DNA of 64,000 bases. Origin: Tubulanus polymorphus. Its lineage: Eukaryota; Animalia; Nemertea. The stretch lies in contig NC_134027.1 in the NCBI RefSeq assembly GCF_964204645.1, forward strand, positions 23,088,560 to 23,152,559, given 5' to 3'. Both the position numbers and the translations under genes were made by a program. Shown here piece after piece: positions 12,947 to 25,900 of the stretch. A model generated the notes under the pieces. The model ran no database searches. It was not told the origin of the DNA and saw only the letters and a program-made list of their open reading frames with translations. Numbering within the stretch: position 1 is the first letter of the stretch; every line of letters begins with the position of its first letter.

Positions 12947-14121
12947 CCCAAATTCTGAAGATCTAATCAAACTCTTTATGTAGTTCCATTGGTTAACATA
13001 TAACCTTGTGACTGATGAGTACGGAAGCGTCTTGGGGGACATGAGAATTTTTTTCTTCTGATTTATGATTCATGAAAAAAAAGATTCAGGTATTTTTTTA
13101 TGAGATATATATAACTCTTCAGAAAATCGATTTAGAAATTAAAATAATTTTTTCCCATTTACCGACGAGATATATCTCATCAAAAATTCTAAATCTTTTT
13201 CATTGATTCATACGTAAATACATTTCGAAGCATGAAACACTGCCGTTTTAGGGCCATCGTTTGAATTAAAAACATTCTTTCGATTTTCGAATTAAAAAAC
13301 AGAAATACGTACGATTTTCTAATATGGAAAACGATTACATTCGATTTATGAAGAACGAAATGAAGATACGTCCAATTCATGAATTAAAAAGTAGAGATAC
13401 ATTTAGTTTATGAATTGAAATATATAGGTACATATGATTTTTCAATTAGAAAGAATATTGGTTTTGAATAATAAGATCTAAATTGAGCTAGAATTGCATC
13501 ACACATATTTGTCTTAACCAGAGTTGAAACCCACATGATTGCACACGTCTGAACGCATCGGGGTGGAAACGAAGACTGATTTCTTTATCTGCTTTGTTGC
13601 CGCGTCGTCGATTTCGGTGACTATTCCGTCGAGTTCAGAACTCACAGTAACTGATGAACTAACTTCCAACTTCTCGCAGTTCTAATCTAATCCTGGTAAG
13701 ATTTGATATTGACCAGTGATGAACGAGGGCCCACATGTACATATTTTGGTTAAGTAGGTTCGTTTTGGTTAATAGGTATTCCATACGTTTAAATTCGAGA
13801 CCTTAACTTCGCTCTATTTTAGATCTGCAACTTTCTTCGTTGCAGTTATTTTTACCAAAGTAGTTGACAATCGAAACGATTTCCATCAAACTCCCAGGAA
13901 GGAGATAATTTTTGATTTTGCTTATGACACGTAGAAAGATATTGGTTTTTCTTAAAGAAATACAGTTGGACCTCGTTTTTACGAATCTAGCAGACAACAG
14001 TGATATCTCAGTGTTAAAACAGTTCTCTTATTGAACCGAGTCGTACTAAAACTTTGAAGTCATTTTTTGGAATTGTGGAGCCTGATGTAGATTCGAATTA
14101 AACATGTCTCTTTTCATAATA

Positions 14122-14313
14122 TACGGAGCCCCGGCGGGGGGGGGGGCATATTGAGAAATAAACATATTTTTTTCGTTCGAAAGATTTAATCTTTTCGTTC
14201 GGACAAAAGGTTTTTCGTTCGAACGAAATGATTTCGTTCGAACAAAATAATCTTTTCGTTCGAACGAACAAAAACATGTTTATTTCTCACCATGTCCCCT
14301 CCGGGGCTCCGTA
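14122..14313. mobile_element. MITE (TACGGAGCCCCGG TIRs, internal TTCGTTCGAACGAA palindromes)
   Basis: Terminal inverted repeats TACGGAGCCCCGG...CCGGGGCTCCGTA. Confidence 0.8.
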
Positions 14314-15030
14314 TTAATAGATGTATATAGATGAAAATAGAAAAAAACGCAATATTCACGACGGAATTTGAATTAATACAAACACGTACATTGCATTTAT
14401 AAGAAAATTAATATTTCTATTAAAAAATAGAAAATTCTGCAAAAGCGTTTGCAATGGTGTATTAGATCATTAGATATATAACAAGCCAAACAAATCGTAA
14501 TACGAACAATTGAGTATCAAAATACCAATCTAAAAAGCCCTAGTGCAAAAATATCCGCTTATTTAAATCCCAGTATAACATGAAAAAAATACCATTAGAA
14601 AAACACTATGATATCAACATCTTTTTATCACACTTGAAAATACGTGCATTGACATTCCCTTATCAGATACACGTCAAAGAAATCCATCAAAGTGTCAATG
14701 GCTATAGGCGTTTAGTAACGGTATAGTTCTACCTAAAGATAGGTGAAAACTATCAGGTTTTGTGAAAAAAGTAGTTCCTTAATTGATTCAATTGATTAAA
14801 ACTTTTTTAAAACTATCAGGCGTTGTGTAACAGGTAATTCTTAGAAATATTATGAAAACTATTGTGACTGCGTAAAGGCAAATAACTAGGGCTCCATGGG
14901 CCAAGTTAGCATTAGAAAAGAAATCTTTTTTTTCAAAGAAAGAACTATGAACCGCTTAACGCTGTACAAATCTCGTCCAGTTCACCAAATAATTTTTGCA
15001 CCAGAAGGAATCATGGGTTTACGCTGGTAA

Positions 15031-15246
15031 AGGCTAAACAAAAATGATACCTTGTCTCTCCAAATCGGCCGGGTCATTCTTGAAAAATATCATAAAATTT
15101 GTAAACAGTTCATTTCTTTAGCTGCCGGGTCTGTAATGGAAAATTGATCACGATTTTAAAAAAAGTATTGTACAGGGTAGATAGGCGGCCGGGTCAAATT
15201 TAAGTTTAGCAGAGCGGAAAAAACAAGGTATCATTTTTTTAGCCTA
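15031..15246. mobile_element. MITE (AGGCTAAA..TGATACCTTGT TIR family)
   Basis: TIRs aggctaaacaaaaatgataccttgt / acaaggtatcatttttttagcct; second copy at 43922-46594. Confidence 0.7.
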
Positions 15247-16560
15247 AGACAGTGTACTAGCCTGAAATTATTGCGATCCAGTCCCAACCCACCTCATCAA
15301 AATGATGCTGGTTACATTCTAAAAATCCCGTTCAAGTTGCTCGGGCTTAAGTTAACTGGAGGACAGAATTGAATGAAATGACCAATCGAAACTTTATGAG
15401 GACGGCCACCTTTTCAAGGGAGGGTAAGCAATATCACACCAGCTATTTCAATAAGATTTAAAAAAAGATAAATAATATCAGACCAATATACACAGTAAAT
15501 ATTTGTAAAGAATATTTGCATCATTGTATAATACAGCTGCATAATTAATTGTTAAATAACAACGCTGGCCATCAATAAAATGTCGAAACTACAGTTCGAT
15601 GTGGACTGTTAATATTTTGACGATGTTTGGATGGCGGAGCGATGTGATTTGGTCTATATCTCGCGTGTTGGCTGCCAAGAATACTTTGGAAACATCGTGA
15701 TGTAGATGGAAAATTGGAATGTGAATTTACAGTGCAGAAAAAGAACTGACGGATATAACCGGTGGTTAGAGAAATTTTGGTGAGGTTGATGTCAAAGAAA
15801 CTGTTAGAATTGATAGGTTGAATTCGGAAAGTAAAACCAACGTATGGCAAAGAGAAAACTATCTTCTCTTAATATTACAAATAATTGATAATAAATCAGT
15901 GAGCTCACAATTAGATATTAGGCAATATTTTGTATAGGCATTATTGATAATGATATCTAGTTACTGTATTAGTCCTATTATAGAAAAATGTATAAATGTA
16001 CTATGTTCTTGTATAAAATACCTTATCTGCGTTTAGTCAAGTTCAGTTCTCAGATTTCCCTCTGACATTTGTTCCCAAACCCATCGTGGAGATTTTGCTT
16101 TTTTCCAATTTCTATGTAGCAAGTGTGTTTTTTTTACACAGATTATGCATACAAATCGAAGGGCTTTACATCATATTTCAGCATTTTCCCTACTACATTG
16201 AAAACTGATAGAAACCAGCCATATTATGTCAAAATGTTACAAAAATAGACGCCAGATCCCATTCCGCCATGTCATCCGTTGATATCTGATTCGACGGTTC
16301 TAACGTTTCAAATGAAATACGTAATTTAACTTTGAAACCTAATCGAGAACTGTAGAGCTGGATGCAGAAATGGCTCTGCTAGATATTGCGATTGTTCTAG
16401 GGACGGACTGCAAAAGAGATCACGAAGACTTGTGAAAACAAAAGGACCTGATCGAGGCCCAGGAATTACACCAGACATTACGTCGACAGTCGTATGATAT
16501 CAGTGATAACATGCTACATACAATCCCTAGAACCTCGCTCGACTGAACACAATGGATGAG

Positions 16561-16620
16561 ACAATAATACAAAAATCAACAACTCTTTTGACAATAATAC
16601 AAAAATCAACAACTCTTTTT
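16561..16620. repeat. 30-bp tandem duplication overlapping the gene B stop codon
   Basis: acaataatacaaaaatcaacaactctttt(g) x2. Confidence 0.85.
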
Positions 16621-16961
16621 CTGCTGCTCTTCTTCTTCACGTTGTCTGCGTCGTTCGGCCTCTTCTGCTTCCAAACGAGCGACAAGTTCAGCTTGAACTT
16701 GCGGCTCAACGACGCGACCGAGTTCCGAGTACGTCGAAAAATCCTCGAAATCACCGATCAGTACACCAGGGGGCGCTTGATTTTTGACGTTGTTAACGAC
16801 GTGTAGATAGATCGGTTCTTTTCTCAGTTCTTCTACATCGTCTGCATTGAATGCAGGGTTGTCGACACCACAGTTAACGTACTTCACGATATCCCCATCG
16901 TCATCGTTGTAAACGTCTTGATAAGGATTCGCTTCGTCGCCAACTGTTTGATAGGGATTTT
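16606..16961 (-). CDS. Gene B last coding exon (cytoplasmic: NPYQTV, NPYQDV, EPIYLHV, ITIM STYSEL, charged helix)
   Basis: tttcag acceptor; open to TGA; matches ORF 16606..17013. Confidence 0.8.
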
Positions 16962-19900
16962 CTGAAATCATACGCGTAACAACATTTAGTGAATTCAATA
17001 AACAATCCGTCAAACGATTCAGTTTGCCAGTCTACATCTGGGAATTGAAGGTTCCATTAAATCTATCAAACCCTCCCGCATAAAAGTGTCTGCTTTCTAA
17101 AATGCCCATGACATCTTCAAGTCTGCCCACTAATGATTGGATATTCATTTCACGCCCTATTTTCCACAGTAAACTCTGCCTTACTTGGACTTCCTTTGTT
17201 TTTTTCCCTTTTAGAAATTGTACTTCAGAGTTAGCGTATCGGACATCGCACAAAATTCTGATTCTCTCGTTAGAATCGGTGTAAACGTAGAACTCACCCA
17301 TTTCGTAGTTTTCATTTTTCTCTGCTTTTTTCGCCTTCTTTCCTTTACGCTTTTTGTTTTTATCGACTTGTGAGTAAAGTGGTTCTGCACTATCTACCGA
17401 CCCTGAAGAGAAAACACGGGATGTGAATATTTTAGAAACAAACTTCACGTCATACTTTTTCTCGAATATCTAATTTGGGATTTCATTTTGTGTAGCCAAC
17501 ACATTTTTTTCTTCGAAAAAGTTTCTGAATGTGCTTTTGCTACAAATAAAATCCCTTTAGTATAGATTTCATTCTATGCATTTCACCTTTCGTTTTCTTT
17601 TTCTTGCTTTTATCCACATTGGAGTAAATTGGATCAGTACCGCTTGCACCATTTACGACTGAAAATAAGCCACAAGTTTGAAAAAAAACGGCAAAATCAT
17701 TGTCATTTCATCTATTATTCCTGACAACATTCGCATTATTTATAACAACAACGATTCAGTAGTAATACTAAACTGGGAGCCGTGATATCAATGATTGAGG
17801 AAAAATAAAATCCCTTTAGTATTGATTTCATTCTATGCTTTTACCTTTCGTTTTCTTTTTCTTGCTTTTATCCACATTGGAGTAAATTGGATCAGTACCG
17901 CTTGCACCATTTACGACTGAAAATAAGCCACAAGTTTGAAAAAACCAGCAAAAAGAATTTCATACAATTCTATTCGAGAAAATCATTGTTATGTCATCTA
18001 TTATTCCTGACAACAATCGCATTATTTACAACAACAACGATTCAGTAGTAATACTAAACTGGGAGTCATGATTTCAATGGTTGAGGAAAATCATGATTAG
18101 TTTCTTAACAAAGCTTTTTCATCGAAAGTGACTTTATTGATTCTGTACAAATTATCACGCATTTCTACGGCAATTGACGGCACTCTTCGTGTTTTCAATG
18201 ATTTCAAGGAATCGGTAAAATCATGATTAGTTTCTAATGTAAGCCTCTAATGGAAGGTACCGTAGTCTATGCACTAATGGTGGCATGGAATTGTGCGCGA
18301 CCAATTATTTCATTAAATCTTTAGTCTAATACATCGTAAATAAAAATCGTAGCGGAAAATGCTTTTTGATTTTTTTTTTCACTTTATCTAGTTGGTTTTC
18401 ATAAAACGAAATTTGAAAGAGTAAAACTATTGCCATTTCCTCTATGTAACTATGTGTATCGGTAAGTTCTTCGTGAATATACGGCACATGTAATCCTGCT
18501 ATTCTAAGAGCATTTCACCAAATACGTCGATCGGTTCCTTGGTATCATTCTAGATTTGACAAACACTTGTTTACCTTGATTCTGATTTCGTTTTTTCTTT
18601 TTGTCAACCTGTGCGTAAATCGGTTCTCCTGAAAATAATAGAATTCAAAATCTATTCCGATCGCCTCTACCATTCTTCTGGTCAATGATCGAGGAAACGA
18701 TAGGTTTTTATAGATTGAGCCATCAATATTGTATCATTTGGCAATTCCCGAATATAAGTGATCACTGTACACTACCGGACATTCCCGAACATTACCGATC
18801 ACTTCGATCATTACATCCAAAAATACGAACTTGAATTCGCTACACTTTAAATCAAGCTTCGGACTTAGATATTGAGATAATGAATACGTTAATTGATTCG
18901 CGGCTCGGAAATACTCGGTGGTTTTACGGAGATATCCGGCAATATCGATCGGTCCAAAAAATCTATAAAGATAGGGCATTGTAACATAAAGATAAAACTC
19001 TTACCAGTTTTCTTGACTCCATCTTCTGAAACTGCGAATATAGAAATGGATTTATTTAAGTACTTATAATGTATTAGTTCTAATTCAGTTATGACAATAT
19101 TTGTGATACAGTAATACTACGTAAAATCCTACAATTGTAAATTGGCTAGAAAAGTTCATTCTAAAATTACTCGTGATAATCTGGGGGATTACTGCCACCC
19201 TCCTACGAACACTCTTTACTTTAAAGGGAGACGGATGAAGGAGACTTTTAAGATAGAAGCAGAGTGTTAGCAGCCACCCGCAATTTTTTCGATGATTCTT
19301 TTAACAAACCTTCCACTCAATTCAGTAGATCAGAAAATATCTTTATTTCAATAATGACGAAGTCTCAATGAAATGAGGAAATGAACCGATTGCTTACCAA
19401 GATCGTCAATGTTCGAATACGGATCTGAAAATGTGAAATACGTTTAAGCAACTCATAGACGGCATTGTGATTGAAGAATATTTTATAAAAGTCCGATCTT
19501 TAACTTAAAAACTCTGTGCTGAAGATAGAAAATATTTTTTTTCTTTTTCTTTTGCCCATTCGGGATCTAAGAGGACAAAGACAAACGTGAATTTCAATAG
19601 TATTTTTCTCTGAAGAAATAGAAAACCCTAATAATTTGTGCCAATTTTGATACTAACTAAGAAATTCTCGAAACATTTAGGGATGCGATATAACTATAAA
19701 TATTGTGGAGATAACGTAGTTCATAATGAAAATTAAAAACTGGCTGACAAAGATTTTCAACAATAATTTGTGACATGAAACCTGTTGCAATAATCTGTTT
19801 GCGTAAATTTTCGGCGTGTAAGAAAGTTGTAAAATTGTGACATTACCGAAGTCATCGGTAGTGACGTGATTATCTTTGGTCGGTGGACTTTTAGGTTTTT

Positions 19901-22900
19901 TGTTGACTCGCGCGTACACGTCACCTAACAAGGAAAAGACAAACAAATATTTGAAAAAATAAATGTTTATTGTTTAGGTGAGATGAAAGGTTTAAAGTGG
20001 CAAATTTTACCTCTAGGTCCGGCTACATGTCCATCGATATCGTTATAGTTCGGAGGAGGAACTGAAGCCGGACTGAAAAAAAGGGAAACACACCATTTTG
20101 TGGCGATCGCCCGGGCTGGAAAGGGAATCTCTGACATGGAATTAAGTTAAACAAATAGGAATTGAAATCTCTAGTTTCTACCTTCTCGAGCTATTTTTTG
20201 TCCAGATCCATTGACCTTCTCGACGCCTTTTCACGAATAGCAACACGAACACAATGACGATGAGGGCGAGCAACAATACACCCACAACAACACCTCCGAT
20301 CAGTGCAACATTGGTAGTAACTAAGAGGATAAAAAATAAAATGTGCAAACTATGACAAGAAAGTATCGATGTGCCTGAATTTCACCAGAGATATTTTTCA
20401 TTAAGAGTGAACTAGCAAAATGACTATAGGTATGGGATATCTATGCATTTATTTGTTTTTTTATCTTTCTTTTCAACGTTTGGATCTTGGTTTACCGACA
20501 CTAACCCGCAAATATTTACCTGGAATTTCTACCCGATGGCTCAGAATTACGTCACTACTCTCAATTACAATCAGTTTGTAACTGTATGCTTTATCGGGAT
20601 CGATTTTAATCTCAATACTAATCGGCCCACCAGTACTTTCTTGTTTCGTAGAATTAAAACATTCGTTTGTATGTTTGATACAGTATTTCACGTAGACGCT
20701 GTACTTCGACGGAAACGACGACATTTTTATCAGGACACTATTTCCGTACTGTGTTACTGTCGCTTGCTTCAATACGGTGTTTATAGCGCTTGGAATAGCT
20801 AGAAAATTAGAAACCATGAATTCGATTTCAAAAAAGACCGGAAAAAATTATATCATCAACACAATCATCTAGACTGGAGTACGTGCAGCCAATCCCACTA
20901 GCTGGAAATAACAGCCGAGTTAGAATTCTCAAGATCGGGGATCAAGGAGGCACGTATGTCGCTACGTATTTGCATTCCGATATTCGTATCAGTAGGAAGC
21001 TCCTGGACTCTGTTTTTGGGCTTAAAATGATGCAACATCGAATGTGAATGATATCGGAAAAGTTAACTGGTAAAATAATCCGAAACAGCTTTTCGTTCGA
21101 TTGTCGTCGTTGACGGTAACAATCACGAAATGAGGAATTTCCGAAAATGAGGAATTTAACTCAGCGAAATTAACTTTATTAATTTCACATAAAGAAATGT
21201 GCGTTAAAGTAATCGAACGAGCTTAAGGATAGGCCTGTATTTATATCTTACTAAACTTACATATCTTACAAGTCTCCAATCTTACCATTTGTTCTAGTTG
21301 TAACTATATCAGTAAATGGACTCGTATTATCACCGGGATTTAAGTTGACACTTTTCACTTTGAACTGATAATCAGTTGATGGTTTTAATCCGGTTATTTT
21401 CGTTTGCACCAGTTTTCTATAACCGGGATCGGGTATTTCAGCTTTATTCACGAATTGTGTAGCATCCGATACCCTGTAACTGACGGCGAACGTTTGTTTG
21501 GCACCACCCTCAAATTCAGAAACCCAACTCAGCGTCACAGAAACAGCTGTTTTTGCAATAACTGACAGATTTGACGGTGTTTGGGGAGGTCCTGAAACCA
21601 CAAGAAAAAAAGAAATTCGTTTTATAGTTCGCACGCTGCACTAATTTATTGGGATCCCAGTTCAGCAAAATGCAGTCTCGTGTTATTCAGAGTGTTACTC
21701 CGGTATTAATCTGAAGCCTGGGCCCAGCATCCCTCCAGACATCCGACTACTCAAATATTATCAATTGATGAACGACTAACAGAAGAGTTATCATTGAAAA
21801 TAGGTTTCAGGCTGCAATCGATATTTGCAGGTTTTATTAGAATTGATAAGTGGTAAATAGTGCTATAGTGCAAATGACTGCGAATTTCTGAAAACAACAT
21901 ATCTTTCGAAATAGCACATGATTCTTACCAGTTTCTGTGAGTTTCAGTGTTATATCTATGCTACCAACTGAATTATTGAGTCTACACGAATAGGATCCAT
22001 AATCAGATGCCTGAACTGATTGTATGTTGACATCCCACTGCGTTAAACTGGTATTTTTCATTACATGGCGGCCCTTTGTTGAATTGTGTCTACAGTTGAG
22101 AGTTGTCGCTAGCGGATTTGCATCGAAGTTTATCGTAAATCTACCACTTTCTCCTATATTTGCGGCAACGGGTTCAACTTGTGAAGAAAGCTGCGGTGCA
22201 TCTATTGTAGAATTAAACTAAATATGTAATATTGTATCTAGTGTATATAGAATAAAAAGTTTCTAAAAAATACAAGAGTAATTTTTTCAGCACTTGAAAT
22301 ATGAAAGAATGTACAGTGTAGTCTCAAATGAAGATATGTACCAGTTGCACTAATGCTATGAGGAATTTGATCCCCTTGAGTAACGGAGTAGAATTAAAAC
22401 AAAATACGGATGAAATTTGGAATAGAACTTAGAATAAAGATAGATGAATTGCTGAGAATGTTTTCCTTCGATGCGAAGTAATTATGTCCCCCGGACGCTG
22501 TCGTTGTACTGTGTAACTGGTTGTTTACATTGGACATCGGTAATAAAATATCACTAATATATGGAGTAAAGATCACTTGTGAGAATACAACGACGCTTTC
22601 GTAGGGCTTTTATTTGTTAACTCTAAGATGAGATAAATATCAGTTCACTATAGTCATACTGGTTTTTTTACAGCGGACATCGACGATAAAAAGTAACTGA
22701 TAAATGGAGTAAAATTCCCTCGTATGAAATCATATCAGTTTTTTACAAGTTTTCTGTGACGAATTCATCATTCGTGGATTTGATTGATATACGGTCATCT
22801 GATATACACTAACTACTATGTTTTACAAAATTAAAAGATAATTTTTCATTTTATTGCCTCAGTAATCCAAGACCTCTACCGAAACGGCTACGAATACATC

Positions 22901-25900
22901 TGATTATTGTGCATCATCATTTATCAAGAAGATAAATCGCCTATTCAACACTTACACAATATAGACAACGTCATGGATGTGTTGACACCATTGACAGGTT
23001 GACTGTTTTGATAAGCTGAACATCTATATTGTCTTCCATTTTTATCCTTATCAGTTGGTACTACTAGACTACTAGTAGATGCCCGTGCACTGTGAGATCC
23101 GGGTTTATGATTTACTGTTGGATTGGGTGAAATATCTGTCCAAGTTGTCGTCCCAGAGCTGTACGCCCAGACAATTGTAGACACCGGGTTACTTGAGTCA
23201 GTTGTACACGTCAGAGTTTTTGATGTACCGTGAACAACTGGACCGTTTGGAATTTCAGTCAGTGTTATTGACTCTGGTGGAACTGAAGATATAACATTGA
23301 AAGTCATGATTGATACTTTTTATTGGATGGTCTAATGCAACGTCAGCTCGTGTAATATCGGCTTTTTGGCACAAGGAGGTAAAACTGTACGGACAATAAA
23401 CTGATAACATTTTTCTTACTCCGCGATATTTCAAGGTCGTAGGCAGTACGACTGTGTATTGATAAGCCGGTTTTCGGTCTCTATTTTCGATTAGAAACTT
23501 GTCTAATAAGAGACCACAGAACCAGTGTAATTGAGATAGATTGGTTGCCTGTCGAACTCAGGGCAACTTGCATTTCCTGTCCGTTTGAAAAGACAAGGCA
23601 TCCAGTCTATGTTCCTGATACCGATGTACCGAATCACGCATGCGCCACACCTCAGTAGGAAGTAAACACTGATGATATACACTGACATACGCAATGGTCC
23701 GTCCGTCGGCACTGTTTTATACGACGGCGTCCTAGAGACATTAATCTATTTTTTATTTTCACTTTTCCGGCCATAATTATCTGCGTGTTTAGAAAGGCGC
23801 AGAAAAGTCTCCCATGAATACGATTGCTGATCCAGGCCATGACCGCAAAATTTCTAATGCACAAATTAAAACGGCAAAAACAGGGATTTGAGAAAATTGT
23901 CAGCTTTTCCTGACAATTTTCTCAAATCCCTTTTCAACGCGCTAGAAGAGGGATTTCTCACCCACGTTTGGGTGCCCTCACCAGAACAGGGTTCCATTCA
24001 GGCGCTCGCGCAAAAACAAGAAATTACGTTTTTTTTAATCTTAAGATAGGGATTGACACTATCTAATTTGATCGGTAGATTTCGTAAGATTTTTTTTTGT
24101 TTTGATTTAGTGTCCCTACAAACCTACCACATCAGCCGGGAGCAAATCAGGGGTTTCGGAAATCGAAGGACATTTACAGTTGTTGGATCGGCGGTTGAAT
24201 ATACGGAATATTTTGTTTGAATTGAAGTATATCTGACTCCCCGTAACCTTGATTCAAAATTATATGTTTTCTTGATTTACTTTAGCTATTCAATTTTTCT
24301 AACACGCAGAGAAATCCGGCGGACTTTTCTGCACCTTTCTAAACGCGCAGATAATTATGGCCGGAAAAGTGAAAATAAATTAATGTCCCTAGGACGCCGT
24401 CGTATTTTTAAGTCAGAATTGATTTATTTTTATAGACAAGATTACATCCAGATTCCATGAACTATGTAGACTCGACCAGAGCGGGAAGGCTGTAACTGTG
24501 TACAGAATTTATTCTAACTGCGCATGTCAGTTCTTCTATCGAAACATACAATGAGGAATAGAGTCCGAAGCCCTTAATCGTGCATAGATTCGCCCCTCTT
24601 AGTTGCAGAGTACGTATTTCTTAATACGTCGTTGCGGGGATAACGTGAACATTATATGCCCCGTTAGTGAGGAGGAAGGTCATAAAAAACTACTGTATTC
24701 CTATAACCTCAAAAATCGTACATTCAAAAGTCCTGAGTGAAGGGCATGAATTTTGCGAGAAAATTTAAGAAAAGTGTACAATTTCCTACGACAAGCGACC
24801 TTGATAATATCGCAAAGCAGGAAAAATACGGTAAACATAACATACGTACACTATCGTCCCCTTGTGTAAAACAGCCGACATTACACGATTTGACGTAACA
24901 TTTAGCTGATGTTTTAACGGTAGACTATAGTATTTATCAATGTAAAGGCTAGTCAATGAAACACTGATTCAGTAAAACCAGGGAGGTGGCCACCTCCCTG
25001 GTTTTACACTCGATCTGTTGACTATTGTTTACTAATACATAATCGGCGCGTTTCTTCACTTAAGCATAATTTGTTTTCAATATTGTCTAAATCTAGGTAT
25101 GTTGGACTGGAAGATAATTTGTTTCAATGAAGTGACATTTATTGTAAATACAGCGCATTTGTTGGTTTTCCGACTCAAATCGATGAATGTATAACCGTTA
25201 AACACATCACAAGCGCTATTCTACACTTACACAATACAGACAATGTCGTGGAGTTGGTGACACCATTAACAGGATAACTGTTCTGATAAGCTGTACATCT
25301 ATATTGTCTTCCATTCTTATCCTTATCAGTTGATACTACTAGACTACTAGTAGATATCTGTCCACTATGAGATCCGGGTTTATGATTTACTGCTGGGTTG
25401 GGTGACAAATTAGTCCATGTTGTCGTCCCAGAGCTGTTCGCCCAGACAATCGTAGACACCGGGTTACTGGAGTCAGTTGTACACGTCAGAGTTTTTGATG
25501 TACCTTGAACAACTGGACCGTTTGGAATTTCAGTCAGTGTCATTGATTCTGGTGGAACTATAAATAATTATTCAAATTCACGCTCCTTCATTAGCAATTC
25601 AGGGAAAGCGCATTTATATGAGCAACAATCTACAACACTTCATTTGATATCTTAAATAGTGTTTCATACTTACAGTGAACGGTAATTGTTGCATCATTGC
25701 TAAGATTTCCAGTTTGACATCTGTATTGAGCCTGATTCATAGATTTAGTTGCAGTCATAGATAATGTGCTAGTAGCCATAAACCCGTGATAGGCTGCACT
25801 AGTTTGATTCGTAGCTTGTTGAGAGTCAAGTAGTGTCCATGTTGTAGAGGAATATTTGAACCACTGAATCTGTACAGCCGGGTTTGACGAGTCAGTTGTA

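Noticed and set aside
19500-19566. Possible extra tail exon in B (tag|ATCCCGAATGGGCAAAAG...)
   Set aside because: Acceptor-like, but no convincing donor and no Tyr motif of the family type; left out of the model.
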